Below, one piece after another: positions 59,782-64,000 of a DNA stretch of 64,000 nt. The position numbers and the translations under genes are program-made. This DNA is from Candidatus Moraniibacteriota bacterium (GTDB lineage: Bacteria > Patescibacteriota > Minisyncoccia > Moranbacterales > GWC2-37-73). How positions within the stretch are numbered: position 1 is the first letter of the stretch; each line of letters starts with the position of its first letter. The stretch lies in the NCBI GenBank assembly GCA_035390125.1, contig DAOOTD010000002.1, positions 169,908-233,907 of the forward strand, given 5' to 3'. The notes under the pieces are model-generated. The model was not told the DNA's origin, ran no database searches, and worked only from the letters and a program-made list of their open reading frames with translations.

Positions 59782-60036
59782 ATGATAGAAGTTAGAAAAA
59801 AAGACAAAGAAACTGCAGAAAGTCTGATGAGGAGATTTTCTCGCCGCATCCAACAAAGCGGTATTTTAGTCCGTGCCCGTAAAACCAGATTCAGGTCTGA
59901 AGAAAAGAGTAAACCAGAAAAAAGACAAGAAGCTTTGTACAAAGTTAAAATAAGAAAAGAAATTGACAAATTAAAAAAGCTTGGAAAGTTTGATGATGAA
60001 GCTTTGAAAAATATCAAGCGTAAAATGAGCGAATAA
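59782..60036 (+). CDS. rpsU: 30S ribosomal protein S21
   Basis: SLMRRFSRRIQQSGILVRARKTRF matches the S21 core; GAGGAGG RBS. Confidence 0.8.
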   Translation: MIEVRKKDKETAESLMRRFSRRIQQSGILVRARKTRFRSEEKSKPEKRQEALYKVKIRKEIDKLKKLGKFDDEALKNIKRKMSE

Positions 60037-60041
60037 AGCTT

Positions 60042-60494
60042 ATGAATCTAAAGGAAAAAATAACTTCAGATATTAAGAATGCAATGCTTTCTGGTGACAC
60101 GGTTCGCAGAGACACGTTGCGTTTTTTGGATAGTGCTATAAAGAACTTTGAGATTGAAAAAAAGAAAAAAGACTCTGGACTAAGTGATGAAGAAATTTTG
60201 GAAGTTATTAGTCGTTCAGTAAAACAAAGAAAAGACAGTATTCAGCAATACATAAATGGTGAACGTCCGGAATTGGCCGAGAAAGAAAAAATGGAACTGG
60301 AAATACTAAAAACTTATATGCCGGAACAGATAAGTGAAGATGAAATTAGGAAAGCTGTTAAGGAAATTATTTCTATTATGGGTGCAGTTGGCGCATCTGA
60401 AATTGGAAAGGTGATGGGACAAGCTATGGCAAAACTTAAAGGTAAGGCTGATGGAAATATTGTAAAGAGGATTGTCAGTGAGGAATTACAATAG
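60042..60494 (+). CDS. GatB/YqeY domain protein
   Basis: LKEKI..D.K.AM...D..R...LR...SAIKN and a C-terminal YqeY pattern. Confidence 0.8.
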   Translation: MNLKEKITSDIKNAMLSGDTVRRDTLRFLDSAIKNFEIEKKKKDSGLSDEEILEVISRSVKQRKDSIQQYINGERPELAEKEKMELEILKTYMPEQISEDEIRKAVKEIISIMGAVGASEIGKVMGQAMAKLKGKADGNIVKRIVSEELQ

Positions 60495-60660
60495 GTTATA
60501 AATATTCAATTTTATAAAAGCACCTCGACAATTCATTGGGGTGTTTTTATGTTTGCATTTTTTAATCTTAGCTGGTAGTATAACGATCTGACGGCATTGG
60601 TTAAAAAAGAACCTTAACATAAATTGATAAATAAAGCTATATTAAAGGGGGTAATTTTTA

Positions 60661-61034
60661 TGCAAAGAAGGTCGCGAAAAACTGTGTTTGGTGGGATTTA
60701 CATTGGAATTAAAGGGGGAGGAGATGCTAACACTAATGAAATTTTGTATAAAGCTCTTGTGGATGCAAATTTATCCACAGAACATGAACGCAAAGAATAC
60801 AAAGGCACACCTATTAATGTGTGGAAAGTAACCTCATCCTTCGTAAAAATGTTGTATAAAAAGCAACATAATTTCAATCTCCTGTTTGTTGCTTATGAGG
60901 AAATCAATTACACGCTTCAAATTTTTAAATTCTTAGATCCGATTGTGCGGAAAAAAGCAAAACAGATGAAACTTGCCAAGGAATGTGAGAAAAAAAAGAG
61001 AGAAAAAAGCGAAGTGCAAAGAGCGCCATATTAA
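60661..61034 (+). CDS. hypothetical protein (track ORF 60624; start moved to the RBS-supported Met)
   Basis: AAGGGGG RBS 9 nt before the ATG at 60661. Confidence 0.35.
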
Positions 61035-61059
61035 AACTTTCAGCAAAATATTTTCTTGA

Positions 61060-61092
61060 GGGGCAACACTAAATAGTGTCGCCCCTTTTTTC
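61060..61092 (+). terminator. strong rho-independent terminator (GGGGCAACACTA-AA-TAGTGTCGCCCC followed by TTTTTT)
   Basis: 12-bp stem and T6. Confidence 0.6.
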
Positions 61093-61262
61093 ATATCTAA
61101 ACTTGTCTTGACGGATATTTTTATAAGATTATAATGGACCAGGAACTGGATAAGCAGACAAAAAAATGAATAAAAAACTGAAACTAATTTTAATATTAGA
61201 AAATACCCCCCCGAGGGGTTTTTTATTTGTTTTTTAACAAAAATAATGTATAGGAGGATAAA

Positions 61263-61550
61263 ATGACATCAAAGGAAATGAAGGAAAAAGAAGCATTTAT
61301 GGGTATTGCCCTTAAGGAATTTTTAAAAGAGATAAAAAATTTAGGCTTTTCTGGGAGATGTTGGGGGACAAAGAGCAGTATGTTTAGGGGCAGCCATTGC
61401 ACCTTTGGCTTCAAAGATGAAGCAGCTACTGTGTATATTAAAGATGGAAGAATCCATATTATTGAATACAGGGTATCTAATAAAAAGACAAAACTAGGAG
61501 TAAATATCAGAAAAATTCTTGAGTCAAAAAAAATATTTATTACTAAATAA
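61263..61550 (+). CDS. hypothetical protein
   Basis: Strong RBS TAGGAGGAT; no motif. Confidence 0.4.
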   Translation: MTSKEMKEKEAFMGIALKEFLKEIKNLGFSGRCWGTKSSMFRGSHCTFGFKDEAATVYIKDGRIHIIEYRVSNKKTKLGVNIRKILESKKIFITK

Positions 61551-61671
61551 TTCTATTAAAAGGCTGGTGAACTAATCAGCCTTTCTAATTTGACAGAATA
61601 TTTGATAAAAACAATTCTTTGACATAGAATTATACTAAGTATTAATAAAAATATAATTAGAAGCAAAAAGA

Positions 61672-62250
61672 ATGAAACTCAAGTTAACAAAAATATGGCA
61701 ATTTATGGTTGGATTTTTTGTTTTAATAATAATCGACCCATTTATCCACATATTAGGAGAAAAACTAATTGGATTTTCAGGAATGTTTTTGGCTGCTTTT
61801 ATTATGGCGGTTTTATTTTTCATCTTAATAATTATGTGGATGAATTTTGTATCTGAAGCAAAAAAAAGGTCAGAGCGATTGAGGGGTGAATATAATGTAG
61901 CTATGAATATATCAAATCAAGATATTCGAATTAAAAATTATAACATATGGAAAAAAATTAGTAGTAAAAATAAGTTAATCATATTAATATCTGCTACCAT
62001 TTTTATCATTATTATTTTATCTGCTTATTATTTTTATGTAAAACCAAGAAATGAGAAAAATATTTATAACGAATGTGTTTATGAGGTAAATAAGAATTCT
62101 AATGTCATTAAATTTCCATTAGCTGCTTCTATTCAAAAGCTTCAAATCGATGCTTGTGTGAAAGCGGGAGGTGTAAAAAATTATAGTAAAAATAAAAAAA
62201 TATTTTTCCCTTTTGATTTAATTAATCCACCATCAGACAATAAAAAATAA
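61672..62250 (+). CDS. hypothetical membrane protein
   Basis: Three TM helices. Confidence 0.4.
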   Translation: MKLKLTKIWQFMVGFFVLIIIDPFIHILGEKLIGFSGMFLAAFIMAVLFFILIIMWMNFVSEAKKRSERLRGEYNVAMNISNQDIRIKNYNIWKKISSKNKLIILISATIFIIIILSAYYFYVKPRNEKNIYNECVYEVNKNSNVIKFPLAASIQKLQIDACVKAGGVKNYSKNKKIFFPFDLINPPSDNKK

Positions 62251-62266
62251 ATATAATTTTAAAATC

Positions 62267-62731
62267 ATGAAAATATTAATTATTTATTATTCTCGAACAG
62301 GAACAACAAAAAAGATAGCTTTGGCGGTAGCTAAAAGAATAGGCGCAGAGGTTGAAGAAATAAAAGATACAATAAATAGGGATGGAATTAAAGGGTATCT
62401 TATTTCTGGACGTGATGCTATGCAAAAAAAGCTTACTATTTTAAAGCAATCTTTAAAAAATCCGGCCGAATTTGATCTTGTTATCATAGGAACACCAATT
62501 TGGGCCTGGAGTATTTCGGCTCCAGTGAGAACCTATATAACAGAGAAAAAAAATAGTTTTAAAAAAATAGCTATATTTTGTACGATGGGAGGATCGGGAG
62601 ATGTTAAGGTTTTTTCAGAGATTGCAGAAATTATTGGCTTAAAACCAATTGCTACCTTAGCATTATTAACTAAAGATGTTGCGAGGGACAAATTTATTGA
62701 AAAATTAGAAAAATTTATTGCTAAAATTTAA
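62267..62731 (+). CDS. flavodoxin-like fold protein
   Basis: MKILIIYYSRTGTTKKIA flavodoxin N-terminal signature. Confidence 0.55.
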   Translation: MKILIIYYSRTGTTKKIALAVAKRIGAEVEEIKDTINRDGIKGYLISGRDAMQKKLTILKQSLKNPAEFDLVIIGTPIWAWSISAPVRTYITEKKNSFKKIAIFCTMGGSGDVKVFSEIAEIIGLKPIATLALLTKDVARDKFIEKLEKFIAKI

Positions 62732-62751
62732 GAAAAGTATTGAATTAAGAT

Positions 62752-63210
62752 ATGAAAACCAATATAGAGGTGAATAATATTACGAGCAATTTTGTTCAGA
62801 TAAGTTTTATAAAATCTGTAGTGAAAAAAACTTTTAGTAGCTTGAATTATGGTTTCCTAAAAAACAAAAATATTATAATAAGTATAGCCATAGTTACGCC
62901 TAAAGAAATAAGAAAATTAAATAAGAAGTATAGGAAACGGGATGAAGTGACTGATATTTTGTCTTTTTCTGAATATAAAAACATAGAAAAAATAAAAAGA
63001 ACCATAAAGGAAAAATCAGACGCAGAGCTATTTTTAGGTGAATTAATTTTGTGCTATGATTATATAAGGAAATATGTTCGTATGAATAATCTAAATTTAA
63101 ATATGGAATTATCCGATGTTTTATCGCATGGGATATTGCATATTTTAGGCTTTAGACATGGAATAAAAATGTTTACTATACAAAATAAAATTAAAGATAA
63201 TTTTAAATAA
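62752..63210 (+). CDS. ybeY: rRNA maturation endoribonuclease YbeY
   Basis: HGILHILGFRH zinc-binding H..H....H motif. Confidence 0.75.
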   Translation: MKTNIEVNNITSNFVQISFIKSVVKKTFSSLNYGFLKNKNIIISIAIVTPKEIRKLNKKYRKRDEVTDILSFSEYKNIEKIKRTIKEKSDAELFLGELILCYDYIRKYVRMNNLNLNMELSDVLSHGILHILGFRHGIKMFTIQNKIKDNFK

Positions 63211-63228
63211 TAAAAAATAAAAAATATT

Positions 63229-63600
63229 ATGGAAGAGTGGAATAGGTTCAAAAAAAGCATGAAGCATGCCTTAGATGGATTATTTTACGCTGCTAAAAAA
63301 GAAAAAAATTTCCGTATAGAAATTATGGTAGCAGTTTTTGTAATGATCCTCATGTTTGCTCTCAATTTAAAGAGCTGGGAAATTATAGTGCTAATTTTAA
63401 TGATTATGTGGGTTCTTGTTTTGGAATTAGTAAATACGGTTTTTGAGCGCGTAGTCGACATCTTAAAACCAAGAATCCATCCGTATGCGCGTCTTATAAA
63501 AGATCTCATGGCAGCGGTGGTGCTTATATCTTCCATAGTTTCAGTAGTCATTGGTGTAATAATTTTTTATCCTTATTTTAGCAATTTATTTTTTTCATAA
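63229..63600 (+). CDS. dgkA: diacylglycerol kinase (DgkA/UDPK family)
   Basis: Three TM helices; N-terminal amphipathic helix with E..NRF-like residues. Confidence 0.7.
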   Translation: MEEWNRFKKSMKHALDGLFYAAKKEKNFRIEIMVAVFVMILMFALNLKSWEIIVLILMIMWVLVLELVNTVFERVVDILKPRIHPYARLIKDLMAAVVLISSIVSVVIGVIIFYPYFSNLFFS

Positions 63601-63729
63601 ACATGGCCAAGCTATTATTTGCTTTGCAATAAAGGTAATATTTATATATAATGAATCGCAGGGCAATATTAATATTAATAAAAGAATATTGTCGCTTAAG
63701 CTGTAAAATTACTATTTAGCTTAAAAATT

Positions 63730-64000
63730 ATGTCCAGAGATAGAAATTCTATTATTGTAGGCATTGATATAGGTTCATCTAATATTCGAACTATTATATC
63801 CCAGCAATTAAAAGGAGAGGATCAGCTTCGTATTATTGGTGTTGGTTCAATCCCTTCTCTGGGTATGAGGAAAGGAGTCATTATTGATCCAGATGATGTT
63901 GCGAAATCAATAAATGAGTCAGTAGAAATGGCCCAAAATATGGCAGGAATTAAAATTAGAAAAGCTATTGTAAACATCGGAGGCTGTGACATTGAATTTC
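63730..64000 (+). CDS. ftsA: cell division protein FtsA, N-terminal fragment (continues beyond the window)
   Basis: IVGIDIGSSNIR actin-fold phosphate-1 motif. Confidence 0.8.
   Translation, partial: MSRDRNSIIVGIDIGSSNIRTIISQQLKGEDQLRIIGVGSIPSLGMRKGVIIDPDDVAKSINESVEMAQNMAGIKIRKAIVNIGGCDIEF

Overview
This is a 64 kb window from an AT-rich, compact, gene-dense bacterial genome. Most genes are short and several housekeeping proteins carry Lys-rich N-terminal extensions, which fits a small-genome, Patescibacteria/CPR-like organism (inference). Most of the window is core housekeeping. It encodes a ruvA 3' end, FemAB and MurE-like peptidoglycan genes, lemA-htpX, pyk, dnaG-rpoD, an ECF sigma/anti-sigma locus next to a MacAB-like efflux set, rarA, dus, obg, metG, tatD, a complete F-type ATP synthase operon (atpZ-B-E-F-H-A-G-D-C), parAB, a short rel, topA, dprA, pth, an LCP protein, lepB, hisS, rpsU, ybeY, dgkA and the ftsA 5' end. 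I could fold three tRNAs by hand: Ser-GGA at 8620-8706, Asn-GTT at 12088-12162, and Leu-CAA on the minus strand at 48383-48464. The stand-out region is an accessory island that starts exactly inside the 3' end of tRNA-Asn. A tightly packed minus-strand operon at 12148-17907 encodes, in transcription order, a small ORF, a rolling-circle-Rep-like protein, a small CxxC protein, and an unannotated 58-aa excisionase-family HTH (16144-16320). These are followed by a beta-class N6/N4 DNA methyltransferase, a 563-aa putative restriction endonuclease, and a large serine recombinase. The last four recombinase codons lie inside the tRNA, and its ATG overlaps the endonuclease stop as ATGA. This looks like a previously uncharacterised integrative, rolling-circle-type element stabilised by a restriction-modification module. 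Downstream cargo at 18223-20717 consists of unknown genes, each carrying its own near-consensus sigma70 promoter and a duplicated terminator plus 52-bp repeat module. There are no CRISPR arrays and no rRNA.
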